Of a stretch of 64,000 nt of DNA, positions 1 to 11,544 are shown piece by piece. The first letter of the stretch is position 1, and every line of letters starts with the position of its first letter. The translations under genes and the position numbers were made by a program. Source of the stretch: Lama glama. Its lineage: Eukaryota. Location: assembly GCA_028534125.1 (NCBI GenBank), contig CM052817.1:96474001-96538000 (forward strand). Direction: 5' to 3'. Below the pieces are notes generated by a model. That model saw only the letters and a list, made by a program, of their open reading frames with translations, was not told the origin of the DNA and did not search any database.

Positions 1-518
1 AACCCTTCAGTAATGCTCTGTCTCTTTAGGTCAAGGTCAGTCCCTCAAACGTCACCCTACATCATCTCTGGTTTTATTAGCAGGGAGTGTGGCTTGTATA
101 ACCATGGGGAGGCAGAAGGAACAGGTGGTCCACAGAACCAGCAGGCATCCTCCAGAACCTCATGGACCCCTGAGATACAGTGGCTTGTTCTGGCCAGATT
201 TAAACACTGGGTTGTGACCAGTTCATCTCTGGGCTTCCTCCTGGCACCTGTGCAGAAAGGCTGCAGCTTTTCCAGGCTTCCCGTTTGGGATTCTGTGGAG
301 CTCCCTCATGGCCCAGGCTTCAGTTTGTCTTGTCCAAGAGCTGCAGGCCCAATGGAGTCTCTGCCTTGTCTTCCATCTGCCCTTGGCCAGACTGTCCCTT
401 TTGTCATCTCCTCACCTTGTCCCACAGCAGCCCTGTGGTCCACTCGCCACCTCCCACTGGAGGCCTGTGGGGCTTTCTGAGTTCCATTCACACCTGGAAG
501 AGCCAAGGGAACTGCTCC

Positions 519-548
519 AGACTGAAAATCTTGTGTCCCCAGCCTCCA

Positions 549-588
<40 letters not shown>

Positions 589-808
589 CTCTCTCTCTCT
601 CTCTCACTTGTTGAAATCCTAACTCCAAGGTGATGGTATTCGGTGGTGGGGCCTTTGGGAGGTCATGAGGCCATGAAGGTGGAGCCCTCATGAATGAGGT
701 TAGTGCCCTTATTGAAAAAAGGCTCCAACCTGACCGTCAATGAGGATGCTGTCACAAAAACATCCAGTTTACGGTATTTCTGTTACCGCAGCCTGAACAG
801 AGTAAGGT
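519..808 (+). mobile_element. MaLR LTR (MLT1A/MST-like), internally deleted, containing a microsatellite
   Basis: 'gttgaaatcctaactccaaggtgatggtatt...ggggcctttgggaggt...ggtggagccctcatgaatg' and 3' end 'ggtatttctgttaccgcagcctgaacagagtaag' resemble MLT1A-type LTR consensus. Confidence 0.8.
550..604. repeat. Compound microsatellite (AC)n(CT)n
   Basis: Directly visible; it produces the HTHT/CVCV ORFs in the track. Confidence 0.98.
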
Positions 809-1245
809 TGGGACCCAGAAAAGATGAGCCTGGCACCCTGCTCAACCCTGCTCAGCCACTGAATCTACCCAGATGGCGCCATCCTGACAACCCCAGTGTT
901 GATGCTGTTGGTCCATATGGAAGCGCCTTGCAGAATTCCAAAGTGGGCAAACAATTCTCAGCCTTAAACCTAATCCTGCTTCTCCTTCAGCACCTCATCT
1001 GAAAGAGGAGAGATGGGGACCAATGTGTCTCACGCAGCCTCTCCCACTTCCCCTCCTGCTAACAATATCCTTGTTGTGGAGGGGTTGGGCCAGGATTCCC
1101 CTCTGAAAACTCCACAAACTGGCCAGCCAGACCTGCCTCTTGAAATTTTAAAGAAGCCTGGTTATGAGAAATCCCTCACTCTTGCTCAAAACCTTTGGCT
1201 TTCTGAAGTTAAGAAAATCAACCTTGAGATTCAAGCCTCTCTAGG

Positions 1246-1939
1246 TCAGTGGTTCTACGGGCATGTTGGAAAGTTGTGGGGTGAATCTTGGTTGTCACAA
1301 AAATTGGGCAGCTCCAGGTTACTGGCATTTAGTAGACGAGGGTCAAGGGTAATCAACATCCTGGAATGAAGGAGGCAGTTCCATAATGAAAAATCATCGT
1401 TTCCAAAGTTCATGTAGATGAGAGATCTGTTAAGCATTTTCTGAGCTTAAAACCTAACTCTAACAAACTGGTTCAGCATGGTTTAAATATAAATCATGTA
1501 TTTAGTTTACATAAGCCAGTTTCAAATTTCCAGCAAGGCAATTAATGCATAAGTGAGGGAAGATGACCCTCTGCCTTGTTTGAAACATGACCGAGTTTTT
1601 CCCTATTTCAAAAAATCACAAAGAGCAGTACTGTTTGTTGTCTCTGAGTCACACAGAACCTGTCTGCATGGTTGGCTGTCCTTCCGGGCGATCAGAGACA
1701 CAAGTCTTACGCCTTCGGTGCAGGTGTACCCAGCATTACACTGACATGCATATTATTTCACCTTAAGTCATTTCCTCTGTCTCTCCTTTCTATTTCAACT
1801 AGAGCATTGCATGATATTTAAAAGAATGTAGTAGGCAGCTAATGTTAGCTCTAAAATTTCATTGTAGGAGAATAAAGGAGGAATAAAAAATGATTGTTAC
1901 ATGAAGGGGTTTGGAGTCAGGCAAGGACAAGAGCTACTG
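1246..1939 (+). mobile_element. MER20B-like hAT-Charlie DNA transposon
   Basis: Starts 'cagtggttct', contains 'ttggttgtcaca...tactggcatttagt' and 'ctgagcttaaaacctaactc', ends 'gagctactg'; colinear with remembered MER20B consensus. Confidence 0.75.
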
Positions 1940-1965
1940 CTCTGGGCAATCCCCACTTTCCCGCT

Positions 1966-2172
1966 CTCCATATTGAGTGCTTGCATGTGCCAGGTGCTCA
2001 GTGTTTTCCAGACTTGCTCTCCTTGACTCTTCTGAACCATCCTTTGAGGTTGGCATTATCACCCCTACTCAAAAAGATGGAACTGCAGCTTAGAAAATCT
2101 AAGGAAAGCAGTATGTGGAAAAGCTGGGATCCAAATTCAAGTTCACCTGGCTGCAAAGCCTGGCCTCTTAAT
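1966..2172 (-). mobile_element. MIR SINE
   Basis: Reverse MIR core: 'attgagtgcttgcatgtgccagg...gatggaactgcagcttag...ctgcaaagcctggcctcttaa'. Confidence 0.8.
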
Positions 2173-2191
2173 GAGCCGGTGTATTTAATGT

Positions 2192-2260
2192 AAAGAAAGA
2201 AAGAAGGAAGGGAGGAAAGAAAGAAGGGAGGGAGGGAGGAAGGAAGAAAGAGAGAGAAGG
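2192..2260. repeat. Polypurine (GAAA/GGAA/GGGA)n low-complexity tract
   Basis: Directly visible. Confidence 0.95.
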
Positions 2261-2762
2261 GGCCATATTTTGTAAATTTCACTATCATATTCCTATTTAT
2301 GCAGTTTAATAAACCATTCATCAAAAATATTTATCAGGCAATTAAAAGGAGCAGCAACCAAGATCTAGAGTTTTGTATTTAACCAGTCCTCTGTGGAATC
2401 CTTTACTGTTACCTAATTGCCTGACTTAACATATCTCTGTGCTATTGTAACTTCCTCAATATTTTTTGTGGGAAAATACTAAGCCTTACAATGTAAGTGA
2501 CCAGCTAACAGTTTTACAGGGCAGTAGTTCTCTAGTCTTTCATCCAAGAAACTGAAAGCACTTTAGCAACTTGAGTCCAATATGGAAAATAGCCCTACCC
2601 CCAAATATACAAGATGACAATAAGTGTATTTCTACCCATGCTGTCACCCGAGAGAGGAGTCAGACTGTAGAACACATAAAAATTACTCATCCAGTTTCAG
2701 AAAAGGGTTTTTCTCACCAAGATCCACAGAAAACCTCAGCTGATACAAATACGGACAAGAAC

Positions 2763-2960
2763 GGTTGCTATTTATGGAGTCCCTGCTTTCCACCCATTAT
2801 TTTAGGTGCATTATTTCATTAAAACCGTACAACAACCTGTGAGTTAGGTGTTATTACCCTTACTGTACAGATGAAAAAATAAGGGCTCCAAGAGGTTATA
2901 AGTGGTCCAAGGGCATCCAACAACAGAGCGGGCAAGCTGGGGTTTGAGCCCAGCTGTGCC
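2763..2960 (-). mobile_element. MIR SINE
   Basis: 'caacaacctgtgagttaggtgttattaccc...acagatgaaaaaataaggg...gggtttgagcccag'. Confidence 0.8.
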
Positions 2961-3719
2961 TACCCAACTACTCAGTGAGGGGCGGAGGCTCTTGCAGGAG
3001 TTCCCAGATCTTTAACGCTTCCAAAGGGTTAATATGTCATAACATGACATGTTGTGTCATATAGCAGAGCTTTGGGGGGCTTTGGATTAAACCTCCAGCT
3101 AAGTGTTACTTACATCTAGGAAGTCTAATTTCTAGGGGACATTCCCAGCTGTCTCTGACAGATTAGGATCTAGGGAGAATTTGGGCGGTTGACATGTCAC
3201 TTCAGTGAAGAGAATGTTTCTTTGGGAAATCCAACAGTGACAGGAAAGCTTGAGTCCAGACTTTAATAAAATGCAAAATGATGAGGCAGAAAATTCCCAG
3301 AACTGTTTTCCCCACCTTCCAGCTCTCTCTCTCTTTGGTGTTGTTTTGGGGTTGTTCCTGGGTCCTAGGGAAGCGAAATCACTGCCGAGAAGCTCTCTCA
3401 AAGGCCTCTATGACTCCCATATTCTCATCACCTTTTCACTTTGTTCTCGAGCAGAACCTTACAAAGTTAAATGGAAAATGAAAACGGTAAATATAAAAGC
3501 AGCAGCCACTGGGTGTCACTGATTTACCACTTGAATATACCTCATCTCATGTTTCCATAGCAGGAGAAAACCTGGCCATATTTAGTGGGATATTTTGAAA
3601 CCCCTCCTGTTCTTGAGCGATGCAGGTAAAGACAGAGGAGTTTAGAACATTAAAGATGTGGCTCTTGTGACTTCGAGAAGAACAATGCGAATTTTTCTTC
3701 CATTCTGTGTTACAAATTA

Positions 3720-3785
3720 TTCATAACTGTAAGGAATGAAATTCCCATTTTAGAGATGGATACACTGAAGCAGGGAAGGCTAACA
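3720..3785 (-). mobile_element. MIR core fragment
   Basis: 'attcccattttagagatggatacactgaagcag'. Confidence 0.55.
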
Positions 3786-4009
3786 GTGGAGGGTGACAGA
3801 GAACACATTCGAAGCTTTACTTTTAAACTTTGATGTTTTATTTTCATTTTAAGATAATTATCTAAAGCCAAGGACATAGGACCCATTACTTTGTCCTTGT
3901 CCCCACCTCCCAATTCTATATCTAAGAAGAGAAAAAAAGAAATAATTTCAGAACATATGAGAGTTTCAGGATTCAGGTTATGTCCTCCTACAACATGATA
4001 TTAGGAAGT

Positions 4010-4240
4010 GTCATGTATCATGTCTATTCTGAGAACTGGACGTTCATAGAAGTATCTCATTTAATCCTCCCATGAAACAGTACATAGGTTTCCACATGCC
4101 CAGATGAAAAAAAAAATAACAGGGGATCAGAGAGAGTAAGTAACTTGCATAAGATTACAAAGGAAATAAGGTGAAGATTTCGGATTTAATCCCGCATTTT
4201 TGGCCCCCAAAGCAATGCTCATTCTGCCGCACCAGGCTGC
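4010..4240 (-). mobile_element. MIR SINE
   Basis: 'atctcatttaatcctccc...cagatgaaaaa...gagagtaagtaacttgc...ggatttaatccc...ccaaagc'. Confidence 0.75.
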
Positions 4241-4740
4241 CCCGCTACAGAAACGCCGCCTTTGTTTTGGACACATCCCTTTCAAAACCGTTTCATACGG
4301 TGCCAAACCTTTGGTTGGCTAAGTAACAGGTGATAAAAATATTAAGCCTAAGACAATTGTGTCTCTTGTCTTTGGAGACCACGTCCGGGGTAATCCCATT
4401 TGCCGAGGGCATCCTTTACAGCCTCTCAACCCACAAAGATTAGGGATTTCCTCCCAAACTCCTCAGGCTGACATCTTGGTCTGGGATTCAGTTTTTCCGG
4501 ATATTCCGCTGTCTAAGCAAGCCGAAGCTTATCTCTTTCCGTCGTAGATGTGTTTCTGCTCTCATTTTTGGCTTAAAAATCCCCATCCATCTGGAGAAAT
4601 ATAATCCTTATTTAGGCTAAAGAGCGGTGGGGAGCTTCGAGGTTATTTGTTTGTCTTCCAATAGGTACAGCCACGGCCCAGCAAAGCTATAAACTCTTAA
4701 GCTTCCTGATTCTTCCTTGCCAAGACGATTAAGCTCAGAG
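4150..4740 (+). promoter_or_regulatory. Candidate enhancer/promoter: cluster of K50 homeodomain (CRX/OTX/PITX-type) sites with TATA box
   Basis: TAATCC at 4187, 4391, 4602; TAAGCC 4343; GGCTTA 4570; AGATTA 4152, 4437; AGCTTA/TAAGCT 4526, 4698, 4730; CCATCTGG E-box 4587; TATAAA 4688; locally more CpG than the background. Confidence 0.5.
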
Positions 4741-5434
4741 CTGGAGGCTTTCTCTGGCGGAGATAAGATAGTGTGTCTGCATCACCATTAGCTCCTGCCA
4801 AGTTCCTGCTCTACAAAGAAGCCAGCATTCCAGACGATGGCCTTCTGACTCCTCGCCTCCCTGAATCACACCTGGATTGTGGATTCTTCCCTCTTTTAAC
4901 CCAAAGTCAAAACGTCATGACTTCTTTCCTTTCTACTTCCTGCCTCCAGACCCTTGGGTTTCTTATTAGACCTGATTAATGTGGTAACTTTTCTCCTGAC
5001 CCTGTGTAGTCTGGCAAATAATTATTTCGTATTTAAAAAAAGAATCAGATTTCTAAAACACAATTCTGTTTCCCTTTCCATTCTCCACTTTAAGGAAAAT
5101 GTACTGTTTTTCTTGTCAGCATATCTCACATATCTGGGGGATAAAAATATTCTGTCTTCTTTTTCTCCCCTACTACTTAGTGCTCCTTCTCCTGCTCCTT
5201 TCAACATCATTTTCTGGATAAGAATATCAGATTCACTCAGAAAACACACACAAAACTCAAGCTTCCTCTCTCAATGACCATTTCTGAAACAGAGATGAAA
5301 TAAATACAATTGATGCAATCTAGCTGAAACTCGATTCTCTTTTCTTTATTAAAATACCTCAAACTTTTATCTTAAAAAAAGACATCATTTATAGTAAAAA
5401 CAAAAAAAATCTTAAAAATAATATGTATTTTAAA

Positions 5435-5600
5435 ATACGGGCCTCTCTGCTGACCACACAAACTCCGCTGTTGGTTGGAGGAGCGGCGTGGATGATTGGG
5501 AAGGGTGGGAAAGGGTTTTCGCATACTTGTGACGTATCACCTGCGAGGTCATCTGGATAAATGCTGAGAAGCATCCGGCCTCTTTTTGCCCAGAATTGTT
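5435..5600. promoter_or_regulatory. Candidate promoter/enhancer motif array
   Basis: About 8 CpGs; reverse CCAAT (GATTGG 5494), CRE-like TGACGTA 5530, CACCTG 5538, AGGTCA 5546, CATCTG 5550, AAATGCTGA 5559. Confidence 0.4.
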
Positions 5601-6404
5601 AATAGGAGCATCTCTCATCTTGTTCTGCTTTCAAGTCACCTGGCCTTGCTTAAGCACCTGCCGCCCTGTCACCATCACCCACCTTCACTTAGCTGACTTC
5701 TGCAGAGCACTGTCCTTCCTCCCGACTTAGATGCTCTAGCCCGCCTCACTGCACCCATCCAGCACACATGTACCAGGCGACCACTCTGTTCCAGGCGCTG
5801 ATTTCACATTTTCACTTTTGTGGAATGTCCTCCACCTTCAGTCACTGCTTCTAGGAGCAGGACTCCTTAAGGAGCTGGTCCAAAGTCCCATAACTAAAAA
5901 TGGGCAGAGGAAGGAGGGATGCAAGGCAAAACGGAAGCTGGGAGCCACCACGTGATACCAGCTTTGAGGTTTATTACTTCTATGTTAGGAAGATTTTCCT
6001 CTCCCATCCCTGGTTTCTCATTACTTCATCTAATAAGTTTCCTGAGAGACAAGGTAAATAGAAAATAAACTAGAATAAAGTACCTTAAGTTAGTGGATAT
6101 TCTAAAAAATAAAATCTGACATGCAGTTATCTTTGTATCGGTATCTTACATGATTTTCCTTCCTTTGTCAATGTAGTTTAACCATTGATCATTACAAAGA
6201 TCAGAGTAATTACCTTGTCCAAGGAAACCCATTTTAGGGAAATGTGTTCATCTGGAGAAGAACACACCTCCAGGAAGCCAGCAGCAGCCCTCATTCGCCC
6301 TCCCAGGGTTAGGGCAGCAGGGGAAAGTATGGAATATTTGTTTTGGCAAGGTATTTTAAAAATTCTCTCACTTTCACAATCTACATTAACAATTTAAAAG
6401 GTGA

Positions 6405-6528
6405 GGTGAGAGGTAGAGCACCTGCTTAGCATACACAAGATCCTGGGTTCAATTCCCCAGTACCTCCTCTAGAAATAAATAAGTAAACCTAATTACCTAT
6501 CCCCCCCAAAATTTAAAAAAGTTTTTTG
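6405..6528 (+). mobile_element. Camelid tRNA-derived SINE (vic-1 type), 5' truncated
   Basis: 'ggtagagcacctgcttagcatacacaagatcctgggttcaattccccagtacctcc...aaataaataagtaaacctaattacct...ccccc'; TSD atttaaaaggtga at 6392-6404 and 6529-6541. Confidence 0.9.
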
Positions 6529-7694
6529 ATTTAAAAGGTGAAAGTTATCCAAAGCTATGCAAAAAGGCATTGCCTGCAGAGGAAGAATTCTAAACTCTGC
6601 CTAAGTAAAGAGAATTAATGAAAATAAGAACATGTACTTTGAAGAATCATAGAAGGAAAACTCAGCCGAGGTGGAGAGTATTCTCTGTCCCCTGATTACA
6701 ACGTCATTGCCATTGTCTTACTGTCTGATCATTCATTGTCTCACTCTCAACCATCTAACAATTACACTCTGCTCTTGGAGAGCAACTTGTGACCTCATGG
6801 TGCAGTGAATGTGGTGGTGGGACCAAGATGTTCAGTCCCAGGAAGTTCATACCAGAATGTAACACCGCCCAGTTCCTCCAGCACTGATGCCTCAGTGTCT
6901 TATCCAAGTGCCCAGCATGAGACCAGGACAAGTGAGGCTGGTGAAGACCATCCCTGGGGAATCGCCTCCCCTGCTCCCTGGGTCTCCTCTCCCTGCACCC
7001 TCACCACCACTCAAGAGTTTGAGATGTTGAACTAATTCTCCTCCCTGCCCTCTGCATCCCATGAAACCCCCCCTCCCAGCATCACTTCTGCTCTGGGACC
7101 ACAGAAGTTGCAGAGGTTATTGATCCTTGTTGAGGGCTGTTGATCTTTAAAAGACCATAATCAGGTAAGAACAGAGCCATGCCTAGCATTTCCAGCTGGC
7201 TTTCCCTATTCTTCCTGACTCAGGCTCACCCAGCTAGCCAGAAAAGCCCCTACCCCTGCTCAGTAATCCAGACCTTTGCTCTCCATAAAGCATGAAGCTT
7301 AAAGAAATTGATTATAACTTCACTAACAAAAAGAATGATACAGAGGTACTGTCTACTAGGAAATCCCACAAGCTCTAACACAATGGTTAGACTGACCTCA
7401 GGCTACCAACTCAATTGGCTGCTAAAATATCCTTGGGTACCTATGCCCAGAACAACAGAAGTGTGTAGGATAACTGATTTCTTTTAAAATGTCCTCAAAC
7501 AAACAAGCAAAAGCCCCTTTGTTAAAGGTCTTCAAACATCAGATTTTCGGACGAAACACACTATTCAAAACCTTAAGTGCTGTGATATAAGACAGAAAGT
7601 GGGAGCCAGAGCTGAGCCCTACATGCTTCTGGGACGTGGAGCTTAAACATTTAACAAACGTTTAAACAAAAAAGGAAAAGAGAAACAAAGTAGT

Positions 7695-7719
7695 GGGGTG
7701 GGGAGTGGGGGTGGAAGGG
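7695..7719 (+). other. Potential G-quadruplex
   Basis: GGGG-T-GGGG-AGT-GGGGG-TGGAA-GGG. Confidence 0.5.
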
Positions 7720-9891
7720 TAAAACTTTCCCTCCCTTGTGGCAGTTTTCCTTATTCTAGCTGAAAGAAAAAATATCTGGAAAGATGCATTATGATAGAGA
7801 AACTGCTCTTCGAGCGACTGGAGTCATCAGAAAACTCCCACTCTGTTACCGTGAACCCAGAGCTATGGAACCAAGGATGCCTGATGCCAAATTGGCCTGA
7901 AAGAAATGAAGGATAAGCCGGAAGAAGCCCGGCCCCCAAAGGGAGTCAGGATGTCTTTAAGGAATCCTCTCAAGTTCTAGGGATAAAGCCAAGCTTAATT
8001 AGGCTTAATTCGCGGTGAGACATCATTCCTTAGACCTGGTTTCCTTTTAAAAACGCACTCTCGTGAGCTCCTTGTTAAAGCCAGGATGAGGTTTACAACA
8101 TTAATACTGTTCAGATTCAGCTAAACTCTGCCAGAGCCTACTCTAGGGTCTGTTTGCGTCTATGTGTAGCAATACCACCTTCCTACTTGGGAGGCCAGAT
8201 CTTGTTTACAGATTCATGTGTTTAGGAATTAAAACTGTTGTAGGTAAAACCCATGACCATGAACAGTTGAAATGATGTTGACGTTCAAATCTAAGCCACC
8301 TACTACCTGAATTCCTTGTTCCCGTTGCTGTACTTTGATAAACACAGTTCTGATACCTACTCCGTGTTCCAGTTTTATCTCCCTCATGGTAACATTCAAT
8401 TCACCATGTAGTAAACCTATCCTTGTTGCCAAGATCAAACAACATATTCTAGTGCTTTCATAAGAAAGCTGACGTAAAAACAAATAGAATGGGAATTACA
8501 ATAAAGCATCAGATCAAGTAAAAACTATTTATTGATGATAATTATGATGGAAACAAAAGGACAGATCAGGGCAGAAGGAAAACAAGGAGATTCAGATGCA
8601 AAATGTTCAAATCTCCTCTTCTGGTTAAGAGAAAAAAATAATACTTTGCATACAAACAGCTTTGTCCAAAAACTAACTCTGTGTTTCTTTTTAGAAAAAG
8701 ATGAATTATCTTTTTAAAAATATTCCACAGGTGTACAATCACTCATGATGTAGGCAGTGGAACTCAATATTTGTGCTTTAGGAATTATGATTTCATCAAG
8801 AGTGTAACTTAGCCACCAGGGAGACTGATTTCTTAAAATGGCTAAACTACTGTTGTCCAGATGTATTTTTGTCTCCCCTTATCTCTGTAGTGAACTATTT
8901 AAAAGAGCATACTCCTCAGTTTGAATATGGCCCACATGTTAAATTAAGTTCACCAAAATAATATGCTCAAGGTACCAATTTCCATTTAATAGAAATATTT
9001 CTATAAATTCCTAATATCACTGAAAGGCAGTGTGAGGCTAAGCACAAGAATATTTCTAAAAACTCATTCCACCCCAGGAGAAATTAATCTCTGTAAAAAA
9101 ATATTATGCAAACATTTATTTGCAAAGAATTCTAAGCATATCTTTAGAAAACCGCGTTTATAAACAAACTAGATAGGCTGTTTAAAGAGACTCTCCACTA
9201 AGTTGGTGGTTCTTTCATGTTGTTTTAATTATGTGTTTTAAAGACCTACATGATCTTTGACTGGATAGGGAAGTCTCATTTTTAAAGAGTAAAGATGTGT
9301 TACAGAATCACCGCAATTTGAGACTAATTCTTCCAGTAGCTAAACTACCTCCCACAGGGACAAGTTTTCTAGAAAAACAAATAAAGCAAATGGGAAGAGA
9401 AGGGAGTTTAGACTACAGAATCTAAAACCTAGATGTTCACTTCTGCCCTCTCTGAATCACCGAGAACATTTTCAGGTTAAACAGTCATGTATGGGCCTGC
9501 CTAGAGGTCTTTGATTTCATGATACTGGTTTGTAAGTCTCTCAATCTCCTTTAAGGCAACTCTAAGCAAAATTTAGAAATAGGTCCTCTGTATCTGAGAC
9601 TACCTGTGTCAGTTTCCTTGGCTCTACCCTAATCTCTATTTGTTCAATGACCTTGCAAAAATTGTAGCAGCCACCCATCCAACCAACATGCCCAACCAAA
9701 CCAAACAATCTAGATATAAATATAAACTTGTACTTTTGAACATCTAGACTTGCTCTGCTATAGTTTGACAATGTTGTCTTGTGATGTCAGATTGATGTGT
9801 CCACCGAAGAGAATTGGTATTTCTGTGATAATTATCTCGGGAAGAGGAAAGTCCTTAGATAGATAACTGGACCTTGGTAAATGCACCTTAA

Positions 9892-9990
9892 ATTCATTCA
9901 TTCATTCATTCATTCATTCACCCAGTGATTATGGAGTGCTTACTAACCAGCTGTCAGTGTTCACCAGCCGGAACCATTGTTCAAACTAGA
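9892..9990 (-). mobile_element. L2 3' tail with (ATTC)n microsatellite
   Basis: (ATTC)7 followed by 'ttatggagtgcttacta', typical of a reversed L2 3' end. Confidence 0.7.
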
Positions 9991-9993
9991 GAC

Positions 9994-10510
9994 TGTAAGG
10001 GAGACAAACTTTTACCTTTACCCTCCTGGGGGTGCTTTGTCTGGGCCTAAGAATTAAATTGACGTAAGGCAGATCAATAAGAGAAAACCATACAAATTTA
10101 TTTAGTAGAAGTTTTATGTGCCACGGGATTCTGCATAAGAATGAAGACCCAAAGAAATGGTGAAACCTATTTGCTTTTTAGCATTAGACAGCTTGGACAA
10201 AGAAAGGCGACTGTAGAAAAATGGCTAAACTATGTGGGGAGACTGAAGGAAGATAAGAATTATTTTAACAAGGTCTGCTTGTATAGAATTCTCTCCGTCT
10301 CAGCCGCTCGCCATTGAGGATAAGAATGTTACTTTCCTTCTGGCATGGGGAGGACATCTTTTGTATAGGAATTTCATGTTCTGCTTTCAGGAAAAAGAAA
10401 GAAGGTCAGAGTGTTTTTCTTGTAATTGCTGTTTTTCAAGTGCTTTTAACTCAAAATAGTCAAGATGCCACAGAGGCATATTTTGGAGTGGCATGTTCTG
10501 AACTCCTTCA
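9994..10510 (-). mobile_element. ERV1 solo LTR (MER34-like group)
   Basis: Minus strand starts TGAAGGAGTTCAGAACATGCCACTCCAAAATATGCC and ends CCCTTACA (TG..CA); near-perfect 4-bp TSD agac/agat. Confidence 0.8.
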
Positions 10511-10514
10511 AGAT

Positions 10515-11006
10515 CATATATCCAACACCCACCCAGCGTTTCCTGTTGGATATCTAAGAGGCATCTCCAATTCAATGTGTCCATAACTAACAGCCTCCAG
10601 TCTGACTCCCCAGTGTGTTTCCCCCTCTACTCCCCAGGCCAGCTGATGGCTACTCTTTGTTTCCAGTTGCTCAAACCAAAAGACCTGATTCCTCCCCTTT
10701 CTCACACTCCATATTTAATCCATCAAGAAATCCCATTGGCTCTACCTTCAGAATATATCCAGAGTGTGGCCCCTTTCTACCACCTCCACCATGAAAACTC
10801 TGGTAGGATGGACAGTTGTGGAATTGTTTCAACTGGAGTATCCCAACACCTTGCACATCAGGTCCTCAGCCTTCCCCTTGCCTCCCTGTAGTCTACTCTC
10901 AGCACAACAATCCAAATGATTCTGAGAAAATTTAGGTTCAAATCATGCCACATCTCTGCTCAAAACCCTCTAGTGACTCTGCATTTCACTCAAGAGAAGC
11001 CAAGGT
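10515..11006 (+). mobile_element. L2 LINE (5' part, interrupted by L1s)
   Basis: 'tggatatctaagaggcatctc...ggctctaccttcagaatatatcc...ctctgctcaaaaccctc' follows L2a 3' consensus. Confidence 0.85.
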
Positions 11007-11533
11007 CAATAGATGATTGGATAAAGAGGTTGTGGTACATACATGTACACAATGAAATACTACTCAGCCATAAAAAAGAATAAAATGATGCCATTTATAG
11101 CAACATAGATTGGACCTGGAGATCTTCATACTTAGTGAAGTAAGTCAGAAACAGAAAGAAACATACCATATGATATCATTTATATGTGGAATCTAAAAAA
11201 ATAACACAAATGAGCTTATTTACATAACAAAACAGACTCATAGAAAACAAACTTATGGCTCCAACGGGGGATGGGGAGGGATAAACCAGGAGTTTGAGAT
11301 TTACAGATATTAACTATTATATATAAAATAGATAAACAACAAGTTTCTACTGTATAGCACAGGGAACCCTATTCAATATCTTGTAGTTACCTATAATGAA
11401 AAAGAACATGAAAAGGGATATATGTGTATATATGTATGACTGAAACATTATGCTGTACACCAGAAATTGACACCCTGTAAACTGACTATACTTCAGTAAA
11501 AAAAATTTAAAATATAAGAAAAAGAAAAGAAAG
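11007..11533 (+). mobile_element. L1 3' end (camelid-type 3' UTR), 5' truncated, A-rich tail
   Basis: ORF2 C-terminal 'ttcatacttagtgaagtaagtcagaaacagaaagaaacatacc' plus 3' UTR ending 'aactgactatacttcagtaaaaa'. Confidence 0.92.
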
Positions 11534-11544
11534 AAAAGCCAAAG

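Noticed and set aside
13..691. Several 100-155 aa ORFs at the window start
   Set aside because: Overlapping in multiple frames, no recognisable domain, and partly made of the (AC)n/(CT)n repeat and MLT1 LTR.
865..881. CTCF/YY1-like CCCAGATGGCGCC
   Set aside because: 5' half of the CTCF core mismatches; an isolated motif is not distinguishable from chance.
6405..6470. tRNA gene (also at 17400-17475)
   Set aside because: A/B-box similarity belongs to SINE heads with tails and TSDs; no complete cloverleaf.
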